A stretch of DNA of 44,517 nucleotides from Escherichia phage ST20: sequence record MF153391.1. The stretch is one strand, 5' to 3'. A model generated the notes under the pieces. The model saw nothing but the letters and a program-made list of their open reading frames with translations, did no database searches and had not been told where the DNA came from. Below, in pieces: positions 35,594-44,384 of this stretch. The translations under genes and the position numbers were made by a program. Every line of letters starts with the position of its first letter. Within the stretch, counting starts at the first letter, position 1.

Positions 35594-35773
35594 CTAATCC
35601 TCTGACTTACGGCGACGACGCTTAGTACCACCACCGTTGTTGTGCGCTTCTTCATTGTCCGGTTGGGTTGCGACCAGTTCATCCGCTTCTACAACACCGC
35701 GAACAGGCATCACCTGACCGTCAACAACGTCAACATGCGTGTACTTTTCGCGGATTACATAATTATCTGCCAT
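35594..35773 (-). CDS. Hypothetical 59-aa protein with basic C-terminal tail
   Basis: Hand translation MADNYVIREKYTHVDVVDGQVMPVRGVVEADELVATQPDNEEAHNNGGGTKRRRRKSED; AAGGAAAGG upstream. Confidence 0.3.
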   Translation of the reverse strand: MADNYVIREKYTHVDVVDGQVMPVRGVVEADELVATQPDNEEAHNNGGGTKRRRRKSED

Positions 35774-35809
35774 GACCTTTCCTTATTACGGCCCCGAAGG
35801 GCTGTTGAA

Positions 35810-36163
35810 TTAAGACACAGTTGCTACGGTGCTGCTGGAGATAATATTACCATATACGTCGTGAACAACCACTTTATACGTACCGGAGTCGGTAGACGCA
35901 ACGGTGGTTGATTTGGTGTACGTAGCCGCAGTAGCGCCCGCGATGGCGTTGTTATCCTTGAACCACTGATAGGAATAAGGAGCCAAGCCGCCGGTTGCCA
36001 CGACGGTAAGAGTTAATGCCGCTGGTGCGGTAACAGCGGTAGTAGCCGCAAGCGCGGTAGAAAAAGATGCTGGCGAGATATTTTCCATATCGATTTCAAC
36101 CTGACCATCGGCCGGGGAGTCGTCAGAGACACCAGTAATGCGACGTTTAATTACATCAACCAT
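35810..36163 (-). CDS. Ig-like domain protein (possible capsid or tail decoration)
   Basis: ORF track 117 aa; YSYQWFKDNNAIAGATAATYT...DSGTYKVVVHD Ig-like signature. Confidence 0.5.
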   Translation of the reverse strand: MVDVIKRRITGVSDDSPADGQVEIDMENISPASFSTALAATTAVTAPAALTLTVVATGGLAPYSYQWFKDNNAIAGATAATYTKSTTVASTDSGTYKVVVHDVYGNIISSSTVATVS

Positions 36164-36175
36164 TTTTAAGCTCCT

Positions 36176-36475
36176 TTAGCTTACAGTTCCTGCGTTTTTA
36201 AGCGCGGTTAACAGGTTCGCTACGGTAGTGCGCAGCGCGGTAACATCAGTTCGGAGTTTGTTGTACTCCGCTACAAGGGCATCGAACTCGACTTTAGTCG
36301 GTTCAGCAGCGGACTGCGCACCGGCGGCGGCGGTAATGGCCGCAGGTGCAGCCACAGTAGCTGACTTTTTAACCCCACCTACTACGCTGGTAGTAGCAGG
36401 CGTGACTGGGATATCAAAGTCGCCGAAATCGACATTCTGAAGGCTGCGCGGCAAGCCTTTTCCGGTCTTAGCCAT
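36176..36475 (-). CDS. Hypothetical Ala-rich protein downstream of the capsid gene
   Basis: ORF track 99 aa; AAGAGGTAAA upstream. Confidence 0.4.
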   Translation of the reverse strand: MAKTGKGLPRSLQNVDFGDFDIPVTPATTSVVGGVKKSATVAAPAAITAAAGAQSAAEPTKVEFDALVAEYNKLRTDVTALRTTVANLLTALKNAGTVS

Positions 36476-36498
36476 AATTTACCTCTTAGTAAATGAAA

Positions 36499-36518
36499 AG
36501 AGGGACCGAAGTCCCTCT
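36499..36518 (-). terminator. Terminator immediately downstream of the major capsid gene
   Basis: Stem AGAGGGAC/GTCCCTCT with loop CGAA, followed on the minus strand by UUUCAUUU. Confidence 0.55.
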
Positions 36519-36534
36519 CGATTATATCTTAACC

Positions 36535-37584
36535 TTAAGCCCCGACACCAGTTACCAGGAAGGCAATCGGTACGTGCTTACGTTCAACCACACGGTTCCA
36601 GTTGGAGGCATTCGCCAGGTCCTGCCAGGAAGCGGAGCGTGCGACGGTCTCGGTGCCGTTACCGGTGATTACCGCGCTGGTGAAGCTGTAACCAAACGGA
36701 TGCAGCAACCAGGTCTTACGGGTCCACAGGGTTTCTACGCCGCCGCCGTTGCCGCGAGACGCTTCGCGCTCGTATTCCAGCGGGTTGGACGGAGAACCTT
36801 CACCGTAACCGATAGCGCCGTTGCCGAAGATGATGGAGATGAACTTGCGGCTCGGGCCAGTACCAACTACGGTCATGCTGTCGTCAACAATCACGCGGTA
36901 TCCCTGGTAGGTGGCGAACAGGGTGTCGTTGTCAGCGTCTTTGATGAAGTCAATAAGCTGCTGCTTACGGGCCTGCGCATAAACGAAGCTGTGCATCGCG
37001 ATAGCACCCAGCACTTCACCGCCGTTCCCCATCAGAGCATCACCCATAGTCTGGGTGGCGTCGATGAACGCGCCGGAGTCGAAGCCCAGAGTAGCGGACA
37101 CGTCGATTACCATGTCGTTCTGCTCGTGGTACGCGTCGGTAGCGGCTACGTTGTCGTTGTACAGACCGAGCGCGGTAGCAATCAGACGGCGTTGCGCCTG
37201 GCGCTGCCAGAAGTTATCCAGACGGGATGCTACGGATTGCAGCGGGTTCTGGCTGGTCAGTTCGACAGTCAGGTCAGCCTGGCCGAAACCTTCGTTCAGG
37301 TACGCAACTCGCGCCATCATCTCACCGGTTTGCACGTTACGCGGGGTTGCGATGTCCTGGTATACGTCGTTCGAGTAGTTAGGCTCGATAGAGGTATCAA
37401 TCGCTTTCCAGAAAGGAATATTAGCGACGTTGGACGGGCCGCGGGCAATCTCGGCAGCGTACGGAGTCGGGGTCAGAATACCGGACTGGAAGAACGCGGT
37501 TTTTTCTACCGGGTCCTCGGTCATATAAGACGCCAGGACCGGGATGTTGCCAGTTACGATATCGCCGATAGTGGTAATTGCCAT
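36535..37584 (-). CDS. Major capsid protein
   Basis: ORF track 349 aa; lies between the scaffold-like gene and a strong terminator. Confidence 0.7.
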   Translation of the reverse strand: MAITTIGDIVTGNIPVLASYMTEDPVEKTAFFQSGILTPTPYAAEIARGPSNVANIPFWKAIDTSIEPNYSNDVYQDIATPRNVQTGEMMARVAYLNEGFGQADLTVELTSQNPLQSVASRLDNFWQRQAQRRLIATALGLYNDNVAATDAYHEQNDMVIDVSATLGFDSGAFIDATQTMGDALMGNGGEVLGAIAMHSFVYAQARKQQLIDFIKDADNDTLFATYQGYRVIVDDSMTVVGTGPSRKFISIIFGNGAIGYGEGSPSNPLEYEREASRGNGGGVETLWTRKTWLLHPFGYSFTSAVITGNGTETVARSASWQDLANASNWNRVVERKHVPIAFLVTGVGA

Positions 37585-37586
37585 TA

Positions 37587-38288
37587 TTATTTCCTCAGGG
37601 CTTTAAGTTGCCGTTCAAATTCGGCAGGGTTCGATTTATACAGAGCTAAACGCTCCGCTTCACTCATGTCTTTAAACGCTGGTGCGGCCCCGCCGCCTTT
37701 GCTACCGGAAGCCCCGCCGCCGGAAGCTGCATTCGCTTTAATCAAATGCGAAAACGCTTTGTGTTCGCGCAGGTATTTGCGGAACTGTTCCGGGTCAGTC
37801 GTGATTACGTTGCCATCTGCGCCGACGAACTTAGTAACCACGTCATCGCCTTCGAACTCAGTCTTAACGAACGGCGCAAGAATGTCCACTGCTTCCGGGG
37901 TAATAAAGTCACCCGCGAAAGAGCCTAACACCGCCTTACGTTCGCTGCCGAGGATGCGCTCTGCCATTTTGGAGATGCGACCATCTTTCTCGGCTAACAC
38001 CGGGTCATACTGGCTACGAATCGTCTTTTCGAACTCGTCCATCTTACCAGCGGCTTTTAACGCCTCCTGGTGTGCGCGCTGCCGTTCTTCTTCGGCCTCT
38101 TTTGCTTTACGGGCGGCTTCTTTCTTCTCCGCCAGCAATGCTTCCTGATTAGCCTTAAGCCCGGCAACTTCTTTCTCAATCAGCGCCTGAACTTCTTCGG
38201 CAGTGAACATTTTCGGCGCGTCACCGCCGCCAGATTTATCTTCTGCCCCAGCTTCTTCCTGGAACGGATAACGTAAAAAACGATTCAT
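37587..38288 (-). CDS. Scaffolding protein
   Basis: ORF track 37587..38342, internal ATG at 38288; Ala/Glu/Lys-rich coiled coil; directly upstream of the capsid gene. Confidence 0.55.
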   Translation of the reverse strand: MNRFLRYPFQEEAGAEDKSGGGDAPKMFTAEEVQALIEKEVAGLKANQEALLAEKKEAARKAKEAEEERQRAHQEALKAAGKMDEFEKTIRSQYDPVLAEKDGRISKMAERILGSERKAVLGSFAGDFITPEAVDILAPFVKTEFEGDDVVTKFVGADGNVITTDPEQFRKYLREHKAFSHLIKANAASGGGASGSKGGGAAPAFKDMSEAERLALYKSNPAEFERQLKALRK

Positions 38289-38370
38289 AGTCAGTATGTC
38301 CCCTGGACGTTGGAATCCGGGCCACCCGGATTTACATGTCAAGAATAAATTATTCCAACATGCAAGGCAA

Positions 38371-38634
38371 CTATTCCAGAATATTCCTCACGTAATCCTG
38401 CAACATGAACACTTTCAGGCGCAGTTGCCGTACGCATTCTGCGTTCTGAACGTCGATAGCTAAATCCTCGTCGGCGTCGCTACTTGGTGCCGCCAGTTTG
38501 CACGGCGGCTGCATCATCGTCGTATCCGGGGATGGAATTGGCGTTTGCGACGGCGCGGGACTTGAGCTGCATGCGCTCAGGGTCAAAAGCGCACACGCTG
38601 CGACCAGGCGTTTTAATGTACTTAACGACTTCAC
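38371..38634 (-). CDS. o-spanin (outer-membrane lipoprotein, Rz1-like), overlapping the i-spanin gene
   Basis: ORF track 87 aa; signal peptide with lipobox LTLSAC, then Pro-rich; starts inside the 38480-38866 gene in another frame. Confidence 0.6.
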   Translation of the reverse strand: MKSLSTLKRLVAACALLTLSACSSSPAPSQTPIPSPDTTMMQPPCKLAAPSSDADEDLAIDVQNAECVRQLRLKVFMLQDYVRNILE

Positions 38635-38866
38635 GGGTAATCACCTCTGATTTCGTCTTGCCTTCGTTGTCAGCGGCCGCGGCCTTTGATTCATCCTGCT
38701 GCTGCCGTTGTGTTTTCTTCGCTAACTCGGCCTGTGCCTTCTGCTGTTGCTGCGAAACGAGATTCGCCCGGCCTTCGTTCCAGCCGCTGCGATACTGGTA
38801 GATGCCGTGTGTGTAAGCCAGGATGATGAAACATGCTCCTGCTACGACAGTTGCTTTAAGATTCAT
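38480..38866 (-). CDS. i-spanin (Rz-like)
   Basis: ORF track 128 aa; N-terminal transmembrane segment then Gln/Ala/Lys-rich coiled coil; AAGGAGAAAC upstream. Confidence 0.6.
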   Translation of the reverse strand: MNLKATVVAGACFIILAYTHGIYQYRSGWNEGRANLVSQQQQKAQAELAKKTQRQQQDESKAAAADNEGKTKSEVITREVVKYIKTPGRSVCAFDPERMQLKSRAVANANSIPGYDDDAAAVQTGGTK

Positions 38867-38986
38867 GTTTCTCCTTTCTCGATAAGTAAAGCCCCGCCGT
38901 AAAGCGGGGCGCTAGTCCTTATCATTTAAACATAGAAACGGCGTAATCTCAGTAAACCCGTTACTTTTTACACAAGCAATATAGTA

Positions 38987-39120
38987 TGGCCCTTCCGAAC
39001 GCGTCAGCGTAACTACACTCAGGACTTACGTCCCGCTCCGTTACCTGCCCGCGCCGCGGTCGCTTGTTCATACTTCACAAGCTCAGGTGGAGCTTATCAT
39101 ATTTTTAGTGAAAAGTCAAC
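38987..39120 (+). repeat. Structured non-coding element, copy 2 (about 130 bp)
   Basis: Near-identical to 6727-6858; hairpins GGAC-TTAC-GTCC (39022-39033) and CCGCG-C-CGCGG (39049-39059) carry compensatory changes relative to copy 1. Confidence 0.6.
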
Positions 39121-39180
39121 TATTCGAATAGTTTATTCCAACATTTACAATTTAGAGGAATAACTGGAATAATCACAGAC

Positions 39181-39205
39181 ACTAAAAAGCCCCTTTCGGG
39201 GCTTT
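39181..39205 (-). terminator. Intrinsic terminator downstream of the Ig-like gene at 39209
   Basis: Stem AAAGCCCC/GGGGCTTT with loop TTTC, followed on the minus strand by UUUUUAGUG. Confidence 0.6.
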
Positions 39206-39208
39206 AGG

Positions 39209-39670
39209 TTATTCTGGCTTAGCGACCTTCGCCGCTTCGCTTACTGCCTCTACACCATCGGCATCGGTGACTTTAACGAAGTATTCGCCAGCCGCATTAA
39301 CAGTCAGAGACAAAGCCTCTTCCGGGGCGTTTACTACTTCCTTACCGTCTTTGTACCAGGTCAGCGCATATGGTGCTTTACCCGCCTTAACTTCGACCGT
39401 GATAGTTGCGCTGCCGTCTGCCAGTTCGGCGTCTTTCGGTTGCACTGAGAAATACACGTCGCCAGCATCAGCAAGATACGGAATTTCGTAAAGCATACCC
39501 GCTGCCGGCAGCGCAATACCGGTCTTGTCGGCAAACGGCATATCACCCACAGGTGCACCTAGTACACTTTCATCTTCAATAAACACCACGTTCTCGCCGG
39601 AGCCAGACACGCGGGCGTACTGGACTACGCGGCGTGAAGGCACATCGGTTACTTTGAAAAAGCCCATCAT
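39209..39670 (-). CDS. Ig-like domain protein
   Basis: ORF track 153 aa; PYALTWYKDGKEV...AGEYFVKVTDADG Ig-like signature. Confidence 0.5.
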   Translation of the reverse strand: MMGFFKVTDVPSRRVVQYARVSGSGENVVFIEDESVLGAPVGDMPFADKTGIALPAAGMLYEIPYLADAGDVYFSVQPKDAELADGSATITVEVKAGKAPYALTWYKDGKEVVNAPEEALSLTVNAAGEYFVKVTDADGVEAVSEAAKVAKPE

Positions 39671-40713
39671 TATTCCCCTTTCAGATAATCAGCAACACGT
39701 TTATCGAGTTCCGCCATCTGCTTAAGCGTGAGCGGATTCCCGAAACCATCTACAGATATTACGCGAAACTCTTCCGGCGATATACCGCTGTTACGGAAAA
39801 TCTTACCCCGCACCGGGCCGAGCGCTTCATCCTGAAACCACGCCGGTTGTTGTTTCAGGAACTCGTAGTAAGTGGTGTCCGCGCTTACCTGAGTACCGCC
39901 TTCCGCACCTTTAGCCGCTCGCTTCGCTCCTTTATCCAGGAAGTCGAACTCGGAACTGATTACCGGAGCCGTACACGACCGACAGTTCGGATGGGCGGGG
40001 GGCATCGGCCCTTTACCGATTTCCCACGTCATCCCGTCTCTGGCTCTGCAAATCGTACTGGTTCGGCTGTCCAGCGTTGACACCCACTCATACTTCTCGA
40101 TGATGTCGTCGTTCTGGCGGTACGTCTCGTTACGGGCTTCGTTGGATACGTGGGACAACGCTGTGCGGATTACCGTAGCGGCGTTACGCTCAGAGATGTC
40201 GGCCAGCCCGCCGGCGCCAACAACATTCTTAACAATCTGCCGTGTGGTTTGGCCTTGTACAAAGCCCATCTTAACGCCAGTTACCAGGCGCGCGACCTCC
40301 GTTTCACCCCAGCCATTCATCAGCTTAGTAAAGTCGACCGGCTTGTCGCTTAACGATAAGGGCTGAAACTCTGCTGCGGCCCACACTTGCTCGGCAGTAG
40401 GCGTAACAAATTCCGCGTCTACGTTGGCGGTAAGTGTCTTTACGTTCCACTCAGCCTCATACGCGGCAAGTTCCTTAAGGTCTTCTGTCAGCTTTGTTTG
40501 CCAGTCACCTGTAAGCCCAGTTAGCGCTTCTTCGAGGTCACGTAACAGTTTATTAAGTCGGGCCGTGCTGCGACCATCGTCACCAAATAACAGCACCTGC
40601 CGTTTGATTTCATCCCGCATCTCCTGAATGAACGGCGCGAGGTCTTTCACCTCACCGGAGGCGGTGCGTTGCAGCCATATCTGGTGGCTGATTAAGGATG
40701 TAAGTAGTGGCAT
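39670..40713 (-). CDS. Head morphogenesis protein (Mu F / SPP1 gp7-like)
   Basis: ORF track 347 aa; position directly downstream of the portal gene; TSTICRARDG segment. Confidence 0.6.
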   Translation of the reverse strand: MPLLTSLISHQIWLQRTASGEVKDLAPFIQEMRDEIKRQVLLFGDDGRSTARLNKLLRDLEEALTGLTGDWQTKLTEDLKELAAYEAEWNVKTLTANVDAEFVTPTAEQVWAAAEFQPLSLSDKPVDFTKLMNGWGETEVARLVTGVKMGFVQGQTTRQIVKNVVGAGGLADISERNAATVIRTALSHVSNEARNETYRQNDDIIEKYEWVSTLDSRTSTICRARDGMTWEIGKGPMPPAHPNCRSCTAPVISSEFDFLDKGAKRAAKGAEGGTQVSADTTYYEFLKQQPAWFQDEALGPVRGKIFRNSGISPEEFRVISVDGFGNPLTLKQMAELDKRVADYLKGE

Positions 40714-40800
40714 ATTTTATCGTCTCGATAAACAATTCGATTTGAAGGTGTCATGTATATGTACGATACTACATTCGTTGATTAAACAGGAGGCTTAAAC

Positions 40801-40968
40801 ATGAACTACCATAAACTGATTACCGCTTTCATCAATAACGGTTTGACCGAGAAAGACGCTTTTGATGCGGCATACGCATATAGAAACTGTGACTTGACGC
40901 TTGAAGGGGACTCTCAAGAAGATTATGACGAAGCGGTAAGAGAAGAAATTAGTTGCTGGGAGAGTTAA
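40801..40968 (+). CDS. Hypothetical 55-aa acidic protein on the opposite strand inside the head module
   Basis: Hand translation MNYHKLITAFINNGLTEKDAFDAAYAYRNCDLTLEGDSQEDYDEAVREEISCWES; AGGAGG upstream; terminator immediately downstream. Confidence 0.4.
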   Translation: MNYHKLITAFINNGLTEKDAFDAAYAYRNCDLTLEGDSQEDYDEAVREEISCWES

Positions 40969-40972
40969 AACT

Positions 40973-41000
40973 AAGGCCCCTTACGGGGCCTTTTTTTTTT
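40973..41000 (+). terminator. Strong intrinsic terminator
   Basis: Stem AAGGCCCC/GGGGCCTT with loop TTAC, followed by ten T. Confidence 0.65.
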
Positions 41001-41002
41001 CT

Positions 41003-42472
41003 TTACTCCTGTTGCGGCGCCGACTGCGGAATCTCTCCCTCCACCTTAGTAACAGCCCCTAACGGCAGCGGTGCGTCCTCTATAGCGTTCTGAATGTCCT
41101 CGTCGGTCCAGTCAGTTACACCGGCCTTACGCAATGCTGCGTAATAAGCAGTAGCCGGTAACAGGCCAGCGTTAATATCCGCCATCCACTGAGCGCGGTC
41201 TTGGGCGGTCATCGGTTGCAGGAAGAACTCCATGTTCAGCTTGAACTCAATCTCTGTGGCTTCACGCAACCCTAGCATCGCAGCCACCCAGCGCAATGCG
41301 TCGGCGTACGCCATGCTTACGTTACGTGCGATTGTCGCCATAACGGACGTATCAGCGCCACGTTGCAGACGGGCAGATTCAGCGGTGATTTGCTGCGTCG
41401 GGGTGATAAGCTGCGCACCAATCTGGATCGCCTGATTCTCTTTATCCAGCATGTTCTGTTTGGCGAGGTTGTTCTCTCCTGCCTGAACCAGAAACGCGTT
41501 GCCGCCCTCACCGATGTTATGGCCTGAACGCGACCCCATGCGTACCCCGTGTGGGTTGGCTTCTTTCCACTGCTCCATGCTCATATTCCCGCCCGGGGCG
41601 ATGAACAGAGTGGGCTGGCCCACAACGAAGCTGGACTCCTCATTGTCTGCACTGTTGCGGAAATGTCCGATATTAAGCTCGGCTAACGGTAGCAAAGGCG
41701 CATCGTCTATGGTTGCGTCGTTGTTGCTTGCCCCAATGAACGTGAACGGGATTTTACCGCGCAACTGTTCACCAAGTTCAGGGAATATTTCGATTACGTC
41801 ACCATGAGCGCCACCTTCTGCATCGAAGCGGTAAATGCGCTGGCGGTAGCGGCCTTCAATCAGGTCAAGAACACGATACTGCTCACCAAACTTGGTTTCG
41901 AACTCTGCGCCTGGTTCTGAGTATTCCCATACCTCACGCAACACGACCATTGTCACTCGGTTCACTGAACCGATGCGGGTCAGTCGCCAGTTGATGATGT
42001 TCTCTGCGGTGTAGAATGCGATGACCGGGTTTAATAATCCCGCGTTCTGCTCTGCCGCCGTTGCTGCGGCTGTCTCCGGCGCGTCCACCAGCAACCCGCC
42101 ACGGCCTACCGAGTCAATCTCCATTAGCGTATCCTGCGCGTGCTGCCACAGCCCGACACCAGAACCATCGGCGTTGCATAACAGGTACTCCAGTTCAGGC
42201 GGAATAATCTGTTCAGGGTCTTTGCGCATCACCGACCCCACCATCCCGGCAAGGGTACGTTTGGTGAAGTTGTAGCAGATAGCGCCGTTCTCGTATTCTT
42301 CCTGGCGCTGCGCCGCGTAGGTTGGGTCCGGTTCGTTCTTGCCAACATTACGGAGATAGCGAATAAGGTCGCCCTCCAGCGCGTGGCGTACCTTCTGCCA
42401 TTTATCGAAGTGGTGCAGCCATTCCCGGTGTTTTGTCTTAACACCCTGATTCTGACCGTTCATAGTTAACAT
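41003..42472 (-). CDS. Portal protein
   Basis: ORF track 489 aa; immediately downstream of the terminase large subunit gene. Confidence 0.65.
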   Translation of the reverse strand: MLTMNGQNQGVKTKHREWLHHFDKWQKVRHALEGDLIRYLRNVGKNEPDPTYAAQRQEEYENGAICYNFTKRTLAGMVGSVMRKDPEQIIPPELEYLLCNADGSGVGLWQHAQDTLMEIDSVGRGGLLVDAPETAAATAAEQNAGLLNPVIAFYTAENIINWRLTRIGSVNRVTMVVLREVWEYSEPGAEFETKFGEQYRVLDLIEGRYRQRIYRFDAEGGAHGDVIEIFPELGEQLRGKIPFTFIGASNNDATIDDAPLLPLAELNIGHFRNSADNEESSFVVGQPTLFIAPGGNMSMEQWKEANPHGVRMGSRSGHNIGEGGNAFLVQAGENNLAKQNMLDKENQAIQIGAQLITPTQQITAESARLQRGADTSVMATIARNVSMAYADALRWVAAMLGLREATEIEFKLNMEFFLQPMTAQDRAQWMADINAGLLPATAYYAALRKAGVTDWTDEDIQNAIEDAPLPLGAVTKVEGEIPQSAPQQE

Positions 42473-42484
42473 TGAATAATCCTC

Positions 42485-43756
42485 TTAAAGTGCGAAAGTC
42501 ACCGGGACGTTAATAACTGGTTTGCGAATCGGCATTTCATATGCAATTGGGTATGTGGTTCCGTCATTCTGGTGGTCCACGCCGCCAGATTTATCCGGTT
42601 CGCCGTTCTTGTCGTAAGCCTGTTGCTCCAGGCATCGCGCAGTAACTGGGCAAGCCTGTTCATTAATCATGACCATACCAGATTCAAGCGCCTTATTCAT
42701 CGCCGATACGCGGTCTTTAACCGGTGGGTTTGTCGATTTAGCGCGTACTTCGAAACCGGCCTGCTGTAACTGAGCGATGTCTGAGGTACTGGCGTTGTTG
42801 CTTTTACGGTTTTTGCCGCTGGCGTCCGGGTACATAACGATATAGTGGCCCTTACTTTTCCATCGCTCGGTTATAGCCCGCACTACATCCGGCGTATCGA
42901 ACATATCAACCAACTCGGCAACAGCGTGCCATACCTTACCACGTTGCACGTAAACGGTACTCGCCATGTGACCTACGTTAAAGTCCTGCCCGATATACAG
43001 AGTCTCGCCAGGCTTGATTGTTTCACGACTGCTGTTTTTCCTGCGGTCGTAAGCATAGTATACCGTTCCAGACGTGAGGTTTACGAACTTGCCGTCGATG
43101 TAAGCATCAATCAACTGCCCGGGGTAGGTGTCGCGCAAAGACTGCACATAATCTTCTGGCAGGAATGGATTAGACAGGGTAGATGCCTGAATCATCTCAT
43201 AACCAGGGTTCTTTTTGACTACCCAGCGGTCATGTACGAAACGGAATCCCTCCGGCGTAGTGAACACGGAAACGGTATTAGCCGGTTTCGGCGTAATAGG
43301 TTTATATGTCCGCGGCAACTGGCGGTTACGGGCGATAACTTTGTTCCACGCGTGCTCGGCGTGTTCCATGTTCAGGGTGTCCAACTCGTCTATTTTTGCG
43401 CGAAACGATTCATAACCGACAATTCGTGCTGGATTATCAAGTGTACGCAGAACAAAATCACCGAATTGTCCGGATGACGTATAGATTATGTTGTCGGACT
43501 TGTTGTATTTGTATCTGATACCCCAGTCCGTCAGCTTCTCTTCCATGCGAGGCGCAAGGATAAGACGTACCAGGTCGTAGGTAGGCTCGTACATTGCGAT
43601 GACAGAATCGCTACCACCCTCCATGCTGTCCAGTAGCGCGGAATTACACATAACCTCTGATTTCCCGGTGCCGAATCCTGCTACGAATGCCGGAAACTTG
43701 CAATGCATACCGAGAAACGCGCCTTGCGGTTCCGTTGCCGTGATATTAACGTTCAC
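42485..43756 (-). CDS. Terminase large subunit
   Basis: ORF track 423 aa; Walker A-like GFGTGKS near the N-terminus; followed by the portal gene. Confidence 0.8.
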   Translation of the reverse strand: MNVNITATEPQGAFLGMHCKFPAFVAGFGTGKSEVMCNSALLDSMEGGSDSVIAMYEPTYDLVRLILAPRMEEKLTDWGIRYKYNKSDNIIYTSSGQFGDFVLRTLDNPARIVGYESFRAKIDELDTLNMEHAEHAWNKVIARNRQLPRTYKPITPKPANTVSVFTTPEGFRFVHDRWVVKKNPGYEMIQASTLSNPFLPEDYVQSLRDTYPGQLIDAYIDGKFVNLTSGTVYYAYDRRKNSSRETIKPGETLYIGQDFNVGHMASTVYVQRGKVWHAVAELVDMFDTPDVVRAITERWKSKGHYIVMYPDASGKNRKSNNASTSDIAQLQQAGFEVRAKSTNPPVKDRVSAMNKALESGMVMINEQACPVTARCLEQQAYDKNGEPDKSGGVDHQNDGTTYPIAYEMPIRKPVINVPVTFAL

Positions 43757-44255
43757 CGGACACCACCTTAATGGTTACTTCACTGATTGGCTCGTCGCGT
43801 ACTTCTTCGGCGGCAACAGTTTTGTTCAGCCCAAGTTTCGCGGCAGCGAACGTAGCGGAGATACCCGCCGCGCCTGTCTCAGTGAAGTACGCCTCTTCCA
43901 GCGCCTGTGCGGTCTCATATGCTTCTGCGAATGCGGGAATCTCACGCAGCCACAGCTTAATAATCGGGATAGTTACGCCGATGTGTAGGGCGAAGCGGGC
44001 CAGTGACGGCGGTTTATCCTGAATCAGCGGGCGTTCGTCTCCCTTAGACGTAGGCACAAGTTCCCATGACGTGCGGTCAAAGAACTCGATTAACGCGTCG
44101 CAATAGTCCGGGTCCCACAACGCGGCGGAATTACGGGATGATTGATAAAGGCTCTGTTTACCGCGCGGTCGTTTACGGCGACGATTTGCGCTAACAGCTT
44201 CTTCATGTGCAGCTTGCACCACCTCTGGCGATGGCTGCTTGAGTTTCAGCTTCAT
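43746..44255 (-). CDS. Terminase small subunit (putative)
   Basis: ORF track 43746..44294; ATG at 44255 (MKLKLKQ...) preceded by AAGGGGA; overlaps the large subunit start. Confidence 0.5.
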   Translation of the reverse strand: MKLKLKQPSPEVVQAAHEEAVSANRRRKRPRGKQSLYQSSRNSAALWDPDYCDALIEFFDRTSWELVPTSKGDERPLIQDKPPSLARFALHIGVTIPIIKLWLREIPAFAEAYETAQALEEAYFTETGAAGISATFAAAKLGLNKTVAAEEVRDEPISEVTIKVVSGER

Positions 44256-44384
44256 AGAATCCCCTTGCATATGCGTCTGACCATCAGAGCGCACCAGACG
44301 CGCCCTACGCGTCTAAAGGGATTATATAAGGGGATTGGGCGGGATGTACAGAAAAGCCCTCCGTAGATGGCTTGTATAAGTTAT

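Noticed and set aside
36493-38148. 551-aa plus-strand ORF
   Set aside because: Antisense to the major capsid and scaffold genes; low-complexity Val/Arg/Gly-rich translation typical of the reverse frame of GC-rich coding DNA; no ribosome-binding site
42845-43477. 210-aa plus-strand ORF
   Set aside because: Lies entirely antisense within the terminase large subunit gene, which has clear ATPase motifs
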